Assembly (NCBI GenBank): GCA_028023455.1
Contig: JAQFVV010000010.1
Location: 1,240,001 to 1,304,000 of the forward strand
Length of the DNA: 64,000 nucleotides
Direction of reading: 5' to 3'
Origin: Epiperipatus broadwayi
Taxonomy: Eukaryota > Animalia > Onychophora
This document shows positions 26,404 to 38,488 of this stretch, in pieces. The translations under genes were made by a program, and so were the position numbers. Positions within the stretch are counted from its first letter, which is position 1. Each line of letters starts with the position of its first letter. Below the pieces are notes generated by a model, which ran no database searches, was not told the DNA's origin, and saw only the letters and a list, made by a program, of their open reading frames with translations.

Positions 26404-27020
26404 AACTGACATACAGGTTTATTATATACCAATATCAATATATATAATATATAGGGTATATGAGCAGACTTTCACACGATCCACAACTGTCCACTCTATC
26501 TCATAACACTGATACACTTGAAGACATATATGTTGAAAAGATAAATAATCACCAATATACGTATTTCATGCTAAACCAGCAATCATCAGTTGGTCCAGAT
26601 TATCATCTCTACACATATATGCAATAAGTCCTCAGATATATATTAAGATAGACAATCTGCATACTTTAATGGACAGGCTTCAATTCACTTCACACTCAAC
26701 TCTTCAATTGTCCATCCAATTAAAAATCTGATGATGAAATGCTCAAAGGTCACCCTGAAACTGATATTCTTGTGGCACCCATGTTAACCTAAAGTTAATA
26801 TGACTCCTCATGTACAGGACATAATCCATTTAATACATATACAAGGGATGGGCAGACATGTTTACTATGTAATAACTGAAATACAGGTTTATTATATACC
26901 TATATCAATATATGTAATATATAGGGTAGTTGAGCTCAGACTTTCACATGATCCACCACTCTCCACTCTATCTCATAACACTGATACACTTGAACACATA
27001 TATGTTGAAAAGATAAGTAT
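26404..27020 (-). mobile_element. Retrozyme-like insertion: ~1.3 copies of a ~470-bp non-coding monomer containing a hammerhead, with 16-bp TSD
   Basis: ~145-bp direct repeats at 26401-26544 and 26871-27016. TSD tattttcttatataat at 26388-26403 and 27021-27036. No coding motif was seen in the monomer. Confidence 0.8.
26545..26603 (-). ncRNA. Minimal type I hammerhead ribozyme; predicted cleavage between 26556 and 26555
   Basis: Minus strand: ATAATC tgg ACCAA CTGATGA t TGCT ggttt AGCA t GAAA TACGTA T A / TTGGT GATTAT. Stem I is 5+6 bp with a 3-nt bulge, the core boxes are intact, stem II is 4 bp, stem III is short and palindromic, and the cleavage site is UA. The only deviation is U-U at the base of stem II. 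Confidence 0.75.
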
Positions 27021-27560
27021 TATTTTCTTATATAATTATTAACTTTTTTGTTTTTGTACAATTTTACAAAATTCTACATATTCAATTTTTTTTAATGCAT
27101 CATTTTTATATTCCTTTTTTTTTTTTCATTAAATTATTGTCTTGCCATAGTAGAAAATTTACTGGTCAATTGCTGCATTTTTGAATTAATTATTTTACTT
27201 GCAGTTCTTAATAGTCTATCACTTATTTTCTTATTGATTTCAGTCAAATCTGAACCATCTTCAAAATCTATTTACTAATATTTTATAATGATTTGCAACT
27301 CTAAATTCATTAGAATGTTTCTGAAAATTAGAAATATGAAATGTGGATACTGTTTATCTAAATAATTTTTGTCTTTCTAATTTTGCATTAACATGTATTT
27401 CACATCCATTAATCAATGATCACTTCATGTTTTGAATTTATTAAGAATATTATAATTTTAAAATACATATTTTCTATTAATCAAGATATAATCCAATTCT
27501 GCTGTATCTTCATTTGGATGCTTCCATGTCCAATTTTGTTTAGCATTTTTTTCCAAAGAA

Positions 27561-27643
27561 AGAATTCATAACATAAAGAGTTTTTTTTTTCTTGCAAACT
27601 CCAGAATTCATAACATAAAGAGTTTTTTTTCTTGCAATCTCCA
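27561..27643. repeat. 42-bp-period tandem duplication inside the RTE
   Basis: agaattcataacataaagagtttttttt(tt)cttgcaa at 27561 and 27603. Confidence 0.85.
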
Positions 27644-30600
27644 CAAGTCTCTGTCTGCTCTTACTTTTATCATCATAACCAAATTTACCCACAGCACTTT
27701 TGTCAACAGATTAAAAACTTCCATGACAATTTTAAAATTTTGTTTGGTCTGATCAAAAGTCTTTGTATATCTATATAAATTTCTTTACTTATTCATCACA
27801 ATGAAAATGAATTATCTGCATTTTGGTATCTTTTATTAAGTTAAATAATTAAATAACTAATCCTGCACTTTGTCTGATACAACATCAATATCCATAATGT
27901 TGTTTTTCTGCTTTTTATTTATAATGAATCCTATTTCACTTATGCTTCCAATATTTGTGCCTTTGTAGTAGAATACATGTCCACTTTTTAGATCAATTAT
28001 CTCTTTACCTTTTCTTCTAATTTCACAAAGTTCAATAATGTCCCATTTAATATTAGACAATTCTGCCAATTTGTGCATTTGAATGTGATCTGTAGTTGTA
28101 AATATATAAATAAAAATCATCATTGAGCAGCAACCTGGATCCTTAATCAGGGAATTGTTAGTAACCTCTACTTTTGGCCATCAACTACTGCCTTGGCTAG
28201 TAACATTACAGTTTCATGGGAATTAGGGTATAATTTAGTTTTATCTTTCATTAACACATTCATTTTATTTTTAAAGAAGCTCAATGATATTTCATTTAAG
28301 AACTATCTGACAACTAAGAGGTAAAAGACCATAGAGTTTCTTGATCTTAAACTCATGAGTAAAAAACCAATCAACATACCATGCTGGCTGATAAATGTTG
28401 ATGAGTAACATATCCATATTCATTTACTATATGAGTAATTATATAATAATAACAGTTGCAAATGGAACTAATGAAAAGGACATTAGAAACTTGTCCTGCT
28501 TGACTCTTTTAAGGCCTCAAAAAGGAATCAAATCATCTCCTTTCACTTAATATCAGCCCCAGATATTTTTTTTTATCTCACAATTTCATAGATTCGACTA
28601 AATTAGTTTAAAGCTGCATATAGGAATTTCATTTGATTATCCCTTATGAATTTAGGACATTGAGGCAATCTGAGATTTGTTTCATAGTATGATTTAAAAA
28701 ACAGATCCCTGTTCTTTTGTTTATATTTTTGTTAACATATACTTACTCTATTAAAAAATAAAAGTCAAATATTTGATTAAACAGAAGGGAACTTCATCTA
28801 TGGAATTACCATAAATCTATGTATAATCTTATAATTGTCTTGCAATATCTGGGGTTCAAATCTGGAAAAAAAATTGAAATTCTTTTCAGATAGCTAGGAA
28901 TTATTTTAACTGATTTCAGTTATAGAAATCTTTGTTCTAAATATTTTACTTATATATAAAATATCAAAAGCTAAAATCTAAAATAGTCAATAAAAATAAA
29001 TAAATAAATTACACCAAAATCAAAATTTAAAAACTAAAATTTTCACAACCAATTGGTTTCACTTCTAGAGCAGATTTCTCAAATGCAAAGGAACATAAAC
29101 ACTGCTGAAATATGTACAACATAAATTTCCCAAAATTCTCAAATACATTCCAACTATCTTTAATCCTTAATAAAAAAAAACTAGCTTTAAGATCAAAACA
29201 AATTTTAAATAAATAATAGCTTTCAAGAAAGAATAATAAAAGAATCTTTATTATTAAAAATTTATTATACTGAAGATATTATTTAAGAGTTTTTTTGATT
29301 TACAAGTAATTGGAATGTAATTGAGGATTATAGGGATTAGGGAATTTATGTAGTATATATATATGTGTGTGTAGCATTTGTATTTTCTTGCACTGGTTGT
29401 GAAATTTTTAGTTTTTAAATTTTGGCTGATTTCTTTTTAATTATGAATTTGTTGTAATTTATTTATATATTTCAATGAAATTTATTACAAAATTATAATT
29501 GTGTTGAGGCACTGGAAAGAGAAGCTATAATAAATACTTATATGCATCAATAAAATACTTGACAGCAGACCTCTTTCGAGGTGTTTAGCGCCATATTCAT
29601 AGCCATAAAAAAACAAATAGGGCAGAGTAGATTGTAAATGGCAATATGTAAATTATATTTAAATTATTTAATTGGCCCAATGTTTGTAAATATCAAAGCA
29701 AGTGTCACATCTGTTAATGGAGTTATTGTTGTTATTAATAAAGTACACTTCTTTGACTTTTTGTTTACAGACATTCTTCTCAATGCATACTATTGTAGGG
29801 TTTATAAAATGAAGAAGACAATTACTTATCAGCTTTTATAATTACAAATATATAAGTAATCTAGTATAAAAATTTCTATATCACAAATATATATATATAT
29901 ATATTGATGATTAATAGATCTTATTCTCAGGTTTCAAATATAGTTCCAAATTTTATGCTTTAAATGTGAGTGGTTTGTAATGTGAAGCCAAAAAAAATTG
30001 TTAAATAATATATATATATATTAATTACTATGAACAGGACTCCACAATCTATAAGTAAAAATATATAAGATCTTCTTATCACACTTGAGTGAAATTAGTT
30101 TTAATTTATTTTCAGGATGATATAGCTCATCCTAGAAGACATATATTTCTTAGATTACTAACTTTAATTCAATATTAAAAACATTTTTTTTATCTACTCT
30201 GCATATAGTATCTCAAGACAATAATTTTGAACAGGTATTATGAATTCAAAAAATGATCATATTTATATTGCATGTCTGGAGATAGAATATATTAAAGAGA
30301 GAAAAGGAATTTGACTGATGCAAAAATAGACTAATAATAATATTCTTTTAATATTTAAAATAAATAGATAATTGACATAATAAAATATAGAATAATCTAA
30401 AAAACTATTGATTAATATTAAATAATAATGTAAAACAAAATTATACTTCTTTTTGACTCTAATTTATTGAAGACAATTACTTTGACATTGTTAAATAATA
30501 AAAAAGCTTTTATAAGTTTTCAAAGTTTGAAATATCAAGCATATGGGTTGTTTTTTTTAAGGTTAGTATATATTTCATTAAGTCTTCAATCTTGAAATAT

Positions 30601-31048
30601 TTAATTTTTCATAATCCTTCATATGAGTTTTCTCTTTTTTAAGTGACATTTTATTAAAAATAGGCTTTAGGCTTCTTTCTGCTGAATGAAATATCATATG
30701 CTAATTAATTAGTTGCAGAAATAAATGGAGAAACTAATAATTCAAGAGAATTATTGAATATTCATTTATTTGAGATACCAGCATTTGAAGATCATATTGC
30801 TTAAACCTTCTTCATGGATGCTTCTTTTTCATCTTCCAATTGCTATTTTAGAATTAGCATTCTTTTAGCAATATTGGTTTTTTGAACTCCAAGAGTGCCA
30901 CCTGTGGCAGTTTCCAGTTTGCAACCTCTGTGCTGAGCTCCCAAGAAACCACTGCTTTTGGAAAACAGAGGGGTATGGAGGACAGTTCCTGACCTTGTTT
31001 TTTAAGGTGAGTGACTTATATTCAAGTTTTATCAGATGAATAAAAAAA

Positions 31049-33470
31049 ATGGATTTTTTTGCTAATAGCAAGAAACTTTTAAATATCGTTAATAACAGCA
31101 ACATGGCTGACAGCAATTCATCATATTTCATTGATAACTCCTTAGAAAACTTTCCACAACTTGGAAAAACCATATTAGATAAATTATCAAATAATCCAAA
31201 AATACATAATACTAACAGAAGTCAAGTCAATTTTTCTAACACAGAAACTTCCAAAAAAATCCTCCATCATAATTGTAAATATATTGCAAATTCCTTTTTA
31301 CTGCTAGACATTGACAATAACATTCACATTGATGGTGAAAAAAAACTAACACCAATCAAAGAAAAGGATTTAAAAGTAAGCTCTTCATCAAAAGAAGTCT
31401 CGATTAGTGTTAACCACTCCCAGGGAGGCACCCCAAAAGGCAATAAGTCTAACAACTTTAATTCCTATTCTAATGCTTTAATATCCAACATATATGCTCC
31501 CATCACTAAATTTTCAAAAACTGATGATTCCCAAAATACAATAGTAAACATTATGGAAATTGAATATGTAACCACACTGGAAATGTCCCATGACCATCAC
31601 AAAAATGGATTTACCACAAAAAATTTCAGTGAACAACAATATGAAGATTTGAATCTAAGATTTAACCAAACAATTCCCACTGTCCTATATAAATCTTTTA
31701 TCAATTACAATAATGATAAAACTGTCATAATCACCACCACCAACAGTAAATGTGATCTGTTCAAGTTCTCATTTGACAATTTTGCTCCTTAATCAAAGAC
31801 AAGAAACTTGAGGAGAGAATCAATAGAATATTATCCCATCCCAATGACCAATATATTGCCATTGAATTTGTGAATTGGCCAAGCAAAAACAATTTCATTA
31901 GTTTAGTAAGGACATTGGGAGACCAATTTATTTGCTTCATTGAAATGTCAAGACCCATCATATTAAATAGAAAAATTAAAAACTGCATCTTGGATTTATC
32001 TGCAGAACATTCTTGCCCCATTTGGAACCATACCTATGTTTAACTATTTACCCAAGGAGAAAGCAGGAGATCAAATTCTATATAACTCAGCTAGATTTAA
32101 CATAACATTAAAAAAGGGATTCAACCCCTTGGAGATACCAACAGTGGTACAGTGCAAGGATTCTCCAATGGTCATCTCCCCTATGGGGTCAGACTCCAGT
32201 GTTTTTACTGTGCTGAGTCAACTCACTGAGCAGGAGATCAAATTCTATATAACTCAGCTAGATTTAACATAACATTAAAAAAGGGATTCAACCCCTTGGA
32301 GATACCAACAGTGGTACAGTGCAAGGATTCTCCAATGATCATCTCCCCTATGAGGTCAGATCCCAGTGTTTTTACTGTTCTGAGTGAACTCACCTCATCA
32401 AAGATTGTCTGGCCAGGACTTGTTCCTTCTGTGGTCTAAAGAAAAATTGCACCCACAGGTGCAATAGGGGTACTGAGAATACCCCAACGATCAGCTCCAA
32501 TTACTCAAAAGCAATTAATGGGGATAATACACAACTAGTCAATGATAAAAATGGGTCCATGAAAACTTAGATCCCACAAATTCACAAAAGTTACATATAG
32601 TCAAAACGTTAATAAACATTATAATGAAACAACTCCACTAACGACATCTGGTCAAGGGAACAAATAAAACTCTCCTTATAAAACCAAAAACAAACCATAA
32701 CCTCATCATTAGACAACCAATCCTTCCTAGTTTACAGTGAATCTTGTTCTGAAGACTATGGAGAAGAATGCAATGGCAGCATAGACAGCATACTTACAGA
32801 AGATAAAACATCCAATTCTGAAGATAACAGCAAAGAACCAGCTTGCTTAACAGCTGATGGTGAAAAGGCTGTGCTCCATAACCAAGACACTTTGATGACC
32901 AATCCAAAACTATCTGATATTACAAAAAATATCCATAGAAACCAGAACCATGCCAAAGAAAATAACCTACTAGATGAAAGCATTTCAGAGGAGCTCCTGG
33001 AACTCTTGGAAATGGTGTTCCATCCACAAACAACACCAGTGATGGTGTATCTAGTGACTCCTAATCCAAAATCATTCCAACCCATGCTCTTTAAGTGGAA
33101 CAAGAGAAAATTCTGGTCCAATCACAAGAATGGTCTCAAGGAAGATGTGAATCCTCAGAGCCAGTGGATGCCAAAAGATAACTAAATTGCCAACAGAGCA
33201 AGGAGTAAGAGCCTCAACCCATAAGAACAGATAAAAAGTTAAGAACATTGGATATGCAAAATGTTTAACACTTTGATGAAATGAGCCACTTATGATAACC
33301 AGACAAATTGATCCACTAACCATAAAGACAACATATACATGGATCTTCATATGGCCTCTGGTGGTCCAAGCAACCTCCATGTAGAATCTCCTGGCTCAGC
33401 CTTTGGGACCCAGAGAAAAAGATCATTCACCATTGACAGCACTTAATGTGCTTCTGATGGGAGGGGTGTA
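31049..33470 (+). pseudogene. Tx1-type ORF1 (gag-like, CCHC) remnant, including the 247-aa open frame 31049-31792
   Basis: N/S/K-rich open frame upstream of CX2CX4HX4C knuckles, positioned upstream of the APE-RT ORF2. Confidence 0.55.
32063..32393 (+). repeat. 167-bp near-perfect tandem duplication inside ORF1
   Basis: gcaggagatcaaattctatataactcagctag... starts at 32063 and 32230, with only a few substitutions. Confidence 0.95.
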
Positions 33471-33549
33471 GAACCCCACAGACTATATTGCTTAAATGAT
33501 CTGCAAAATCATTGGACTAAAATATCCATGGGATTAATTCCATTGCTCC

Positions 33550-36500
33550 ATCTTTGCCATCAGGCAATGGTTCTTACAAAACCAACCACATCTTTTGCTT
33601 CAGGGTGAAACAAAATATCACACCCATTCTGATCCAAGCAAACTAGGATATATTGAATTCTCTATCGGCCTCTCTGCACCTGAAGAGATCGGAATACTTA
33701 CCAACAGCAAATTTCCTCCACATGGCTTTAAAATTCTTTATAAAGATAGCAACATCATAATAATTAACCTAAAATATGAGGGAAATATCTTCAATGTATA
33801 CCAACAATTCCAATTCCAACTATATAAAATTAACACATACCATAAACATGATGCTAGCAACCAATCCTTGGCTGTCGATACTATTGGGTGACCAGAATAT
33901 ATCTTATGGAGACTTCTGTAGAAAATATCTTCACTTACTTAGCAGAAGGCTGATGAGTAGGGAAGGCTTCTTCATGCTGGGTCATTCTCATTCTATACTA
34001 AAAATTACAAAACTTTGATAGACCTGGTCTTTTATTTACCAGAGATACATTTCCTGTTGTGGATTGCACTCAAGCCAATCATTTTTACAGATCACCTCAC
34101 TCTTGTGGTGAGCTTTGAGGTGGGGTGGGTATTCCTCTGGAAAACTCTATGATAAGATTATGATAAAGATGGCAAAGGCCCAACATGTCCAAAGCCATAT
34201 ACTCAGAAGCATACATCTTTTTTCAAAAGATAAACTTTATGGCCATCCCAGCTGAGGAGGCATGGTTCTCCTTCATTGGTATTCTGCAAACCCTGCTCAA
34301 CCACCATTCCCAGAGATGCAAAGGGCCTATTAGCCAGATCAAAGATTTAGCTACAACAAGCACATGCATAAACTCACTTCCAAGCCAGGCTGCAAATGTA
34401 GATGACATCCTATACTTTAAAAATTAATATAGGGCCAAGCAAAAAGCCCTTGCTGAATACACTAGTGGTGGAAAAACACAATCCACCACCACTTCCATTG
34501 TCATTGATGGCAAGTCACTTCCAGGAAATCGAATGCTTAAAGTCATAGCCAATCACATCAAAGGGAATTTGCAAAAGGGCATGGTCAATGAGGAACAGGT
34601 CTGGTGCACCATCGAGGTCTGGCTAGACTATGACATTACTGAAGAGATATTGAGGTCCAGGCTGGCCTTCATACTAGACTGGATCCATCCAGGCCTTCAT
34701 GGAATACCATGATTCATCCTTAAACACCTAGAATTTTTTGTCTTCCCACCATGCTCAACATGTCAAACCATCTTGCTGATGAAACCAGAATCATCCCTGA
34801 TCTGCATCCCATTACACTAGTCCCCTTTATAAAGAGACACAAAACAACATCAGATCTATCTAATATACAACCTATATCAATGACCTCTTTACTTATTAAG
34901 ATCATGGAGTTGGTTCTGAAAAACTGAATTCAGGAGATTTCACCATTCACCCCTCCTTCCTAATTTGCTCATAAAGGGTTCTCAGCCATCAATATGGTGA
35001 GTCAAGTCAAAGGGTTGGTGGACTACATCAGATCCCACAGAAAATCAAGACCTGTCATGGTCCAGCTGGACATAGCTGTCACCTTCAACTCAGTCTGTGT
35101 GGACAAATTGCTGAACATTCTGGCCAAGTATGATGTTCAAAACTCTATTCTTCAGATCCTTAGTAACCTGATGAGGAATTGAGAAATCTTTGGCACATTA
35201 AATAGGAGATTGTCTCCTGGCTCCCTACCCTCCAGATCAGTTCCCCAAGGATCCTCCCTTAGTGCCCTGTGCTTCCCTCTTGGTGGAAATTGACAAGCAT
35301 GAACCAGTTGTATCAAACCTTGGATGAATACTCTGCCACCTACAGCTTGAAATTCAGCACACAAAAGTCAGCAGTCTGGAAGCTCATCTTTGGGCAAAAG
35401 ATTCCTCTATATTCATCACAGAGCCCCAGAAATTTCTGGGATTTTCCATCTCTATCAAAAATGACCATAAAAATACAGAATGATATCATCACCTCCACAG
35501 AAAAAAGTCAATTATTCTCCAAAGTCTACCTCTCTCTATAGGGGAAAGTGGACCTCCTAAATATGAAAATCTTATCCCAAGATTAATTACTACCTACCCA
35601 TAATAAAAATAAACAATACCTTCAAAAAAAATCAATTCATTATGCTCTAGACCAGTGGTCTTCAACCTTTTCACACCTGCGGACCAGTAAAAGTAAGGAT
35701 AAGATTTTGCGGACCAGCAGAAGTTTACAGATAAATTTTTATTGGGGGGGTGGTGAGAAATACGTTGTCAACACTGAGACAAAAGATAGACACCAAAGTT
35801 ATTTTTTGTTTGTTTTTATTTTTAAAAAAAGGTAACAGAAATTGGTTTTAAAAATAAAAGTTTTAGTATTTTAACGGTATACAAATAAAGCCTAAAAAAA
35901 ATATTACCTTATAGGCCAAAAAAAAGTGGGCGTATTTTTAAACAAAAAAAAAAAGAAAACGAAACTTGAAAAAGTCAAAAGTTTTGATCTTACTATATTT
36001 TGGAGTGGCGGGGGTGTATTGAGAAATACTTTGCAAAAGTTAGAAACAGAATTTATTTTTTGGTTTTTATTTTAAAAAAAAGTAATAAAAATTGATTTCC
36101 AAAATAAAAAGTTAAAGCCAAAAAAAAAAAATAGCCTTATAGCCAAAAAAAAAAAAAACACTAGAGATCAAAAAAAGTCACGTTACATTTTATTGTTTTA
36201 ACAATGCTGACAAGCAAGCCGTGATTGGCTATCAATAGACAACTGGAGTTTGTGTAATAAAAAACGTTCTACCCCCCCCCCCATAAACATCTGTGATAAA
36301 TAGAAAAATAAATTAATTTATGTATGATTGATTAGATTTTGTGGTATTTTTGTTCTGTTTCTTTTTTTTTAATAAATGTGATGAAAAAATAAATAAAAAT
36401 TGTTCATATTAATTAAAAGTTTAAGATCTTATTATTTTGTTATTATAAGCTTTCTTGCAGTCTAGCTGCAGACCGACAGACAACTTCTGCAGCCTGGTAC

Positions 36501-36760
36501 TGGGCCATGGCCCGGTGGTTGAAGACCACTGCTCTAGACTATTCTGGGATGCAGGAGTGGTTGCCATTAACTTACCTAGTATGCAATGGCCCTGCAATTG
36601 TGATGGCCTCTCCCTCCACTCCATACATGCCCTACTTCTTCAAAGCATTTAACTTCGTTCGTTTCATGATTTCCACATTCGGCTATGAAATGGTGATAAG
36701 GGAATGTTCCTGCCATGGACAGTCTACCACCTCAAAAAACCAATTGGTTAAATAGCCTTA
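33550..36760 (+). pseudogene. Tx1-type ORF2 (APE + RT) remnant
   Basis: ORF fragments 33595-35541 with endonuclease and RT motifs, multiple stops and frameshifts. Confidence 0.7.
35653..36531. mobile_element. hAT MITE (Buster/Charlie type, 879 bp)
   Basis: Perfect 15-bp TIR cagtggtcttcaacc / ggttgaagaccactg. Perfect 8-bp TSD ctctagac (35645-35652, 36532-36539). Internal imperfect duplication ~35745-35960 vs ~36005-36170. Confidence 0.95.
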
Positions 36761-37546
36761 TTGCTTGGATACATTTACGTGCTTAAAATAAAATATCAGA
36801 ACTTAAACATAAAAGTAATTAGGTTCAAATCTGCAATAGTTATCCTTCATGCTTTTCTTATCTATTTAAAGGAAAATCATCCCTATGCAGTAGGATCAGA
36901 ATGGACAGACTTTGTATGATTTCTATGTATATATATATATATTTGTTAAAAGAAAAGGCAGGTTTATGTTTGTTCATATTTCATTTTTTTAAAAACCATA
37001 GATAAATAGTATATATATATATGGGTTATTATAAATTCATACAATAAAAAGATCAGAAAGATTCATTTTTGTTCTCATTATTTAAACTTTTGCTGATGAA
37101 ATAGGTTAATATGACCCAATGTTTTCAAGCTTTTAAAATTTTAATATATATATATATGCCAGATTTAACTTGGGAATGTTCGTATAGAGAAAGAGTTTAA
37201 ATACAATAGTTTTTTTTTTTACTATTATGTTAGTTTAATTATTTAGAAAGTATGTTAATGATCAAATTTTTTTTATCATTGTATATTCTGTCTAAAGTCT
37301 CAGGAAGAGTATTTAAAATCTCTCCTTCAGTTTTTATATAGTGTACTGTTATGCAACACACCTTTGATTTCATATATACATATTTTATTATGATTCTTAT
37401 TGATTCTATACAGTAATAGACTATCAATTATTTATATATTAAAGAAATACAATATTATATTTCTTTTAATTGGCTATGATTTTAGTCTATTGCATACATT
37501 GTTTTTTTTTTCTTCTTTTTAACGTCTAATTAAAAAAAAAAATTTG

Positions 37547-37695
37547 AAGGACTCAGGATTTGAACCAACCCTCATATATAAATATATCAAATTTCTACTA
37601 TATGTTGCCTTTGACAGAATAGCTCAGTTGGTGGAGCGTTTGCCTTAAATTTGATATATAAGAATCTAAAGGTGCGAGTTCAACTTCTAAGCGAA
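37547..37695. mobile_element. Divergent pair of tRNA-Phe-like SINE/pseudo-tRNA heads
   Basis: Plus strand 37613-37695: aatagctcagttgg..gagcgtt...atctaaaggt..gagttcaact, tRNA-Phe-like with an AT insert. Minus strand 37547-37605 shares aaatttgatatat and has B-box ggttcaaatcc. Confidence 0.5.
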
Positions 37696-38488
37696 TATTG
37701 TCACTGTGCATATAGGCCAGCAACACCTGAAAAAGAGTGGAGAATAATACTAATCATTTGTTTTTGTTCTTTTATATATTTTATTACCACTACTAAAATT
37801 TTTTGATTATTAACCAATAAATTTAGAGTTGATTAAAATCAGGTGAATCTGTCTAATTATTTCTTTTGAATGTGCAAGTTAATTTTTGGTACTTAAAGTT
37901 TGATTCAAGATCAAAACCATCTTGGTAAGTGAAATAGATTTAGATATATGTATATTTTCTTATATATTACCATTATTATTAGGTCTGATTAGATATAAAT
38001 GTTATATTTATCATTATATTTAAATATTTGTTTACTTATCTAAGACATTCAAAGTAAAGAAGATTTTAATCATTATTAACTATTAAAAAAATACAAGTTC
38101 ATTCAAAATGTATATATTAAGTAATCAAAAACATACTTTAATCATGAAAAACAAAACAGTGTTTAATATTAAATTTTTGCGAATATTAATAAAAATATAA
38201 TCAATTTTATAGATTAAAATTATGCAATTAATAATCAACCTTATAGGATATAAGGTTACTAAACATAAGTTTAAACTATCAATTTATTTACTCATTTTAA
38301 ATCAATAATCTTGTAATTTGTTTCAGACATTCAAGATAGTGATGGCTTTTATTGTAAACATTAAAAAACTATTTAACAGCAAACAGAAACAAAAAGGATT
38401 TTACCATTTATATTATTTAAACTACAACAATCAACTGTACAATTTAATATTTCTTGCATTTTTAATAATCTTTTTAGTCTTCTTTATA

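Larger units (their letters stand above)
24795..28530 (-). mobile_element. RTE-clade LINE, near full-length decayed copy (5' UTR, APE, RT, 3' tail); hosts the 26404-27020 insertion
   Basis: APE N-terminus ELSNIKWDIIELCEIRRKG...LKSGHVFYYKG (ORF 27857-28123). RT and 3' sequences align with 11205-12640. 28270-28530 matches the reverse complement of 50800-51060 (shared 5' UTR). Confidence 0.85.
30860..36780 (+). mobile_element. Tx1/L1-clade LINE, nearly full-length decayed copy (5' UTR, ORF1 with zinc knuckles, ORF2 APE-RT), interrupted by a hAT MITE
   Basis: ORF1 remnants from 31049, with CFYCSE*THLIKDC and CSFC knuckles at ~32365-32450. APE-like LLGDQN and RIDLVF motifs. RT segment LVDYIRSHRKSRPVMVQLDIAVTFNSV and PQGSSLSAL are homologous to the 1-2016 copy. 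The sequence resumes after 36539. Confidence 0.85.

Noticed and set aside
26728-26775. Plus-strand CTGATGA...GAAA in the 470-bp monomer
   Set aside because: No closing stem II, stem III or stem I; likely chance
30116-30804. Terminal exons DDIAHPRRHIFLR... (30116) and EINGETNNSRELL... (30719)
   Set aside because: The acceptors are plausible, but the frames are short, unlinked and unrecognised
30885-30975. HDV-like ribozyme in the Tx1 5' UTR
   Set aside because: Two crossing helices are possible (tttcca/tggaaa, cctctgt/acagagg), but there is no room for P3/P4 and no catalytic J4/2 segment
31049-31792. Longest ORF (247 aa) as a host gene
   Set aside because: It lies upstream of zinc knuckles and APE-RT remnants, so it is ORF1 of the Tx1-type LINE
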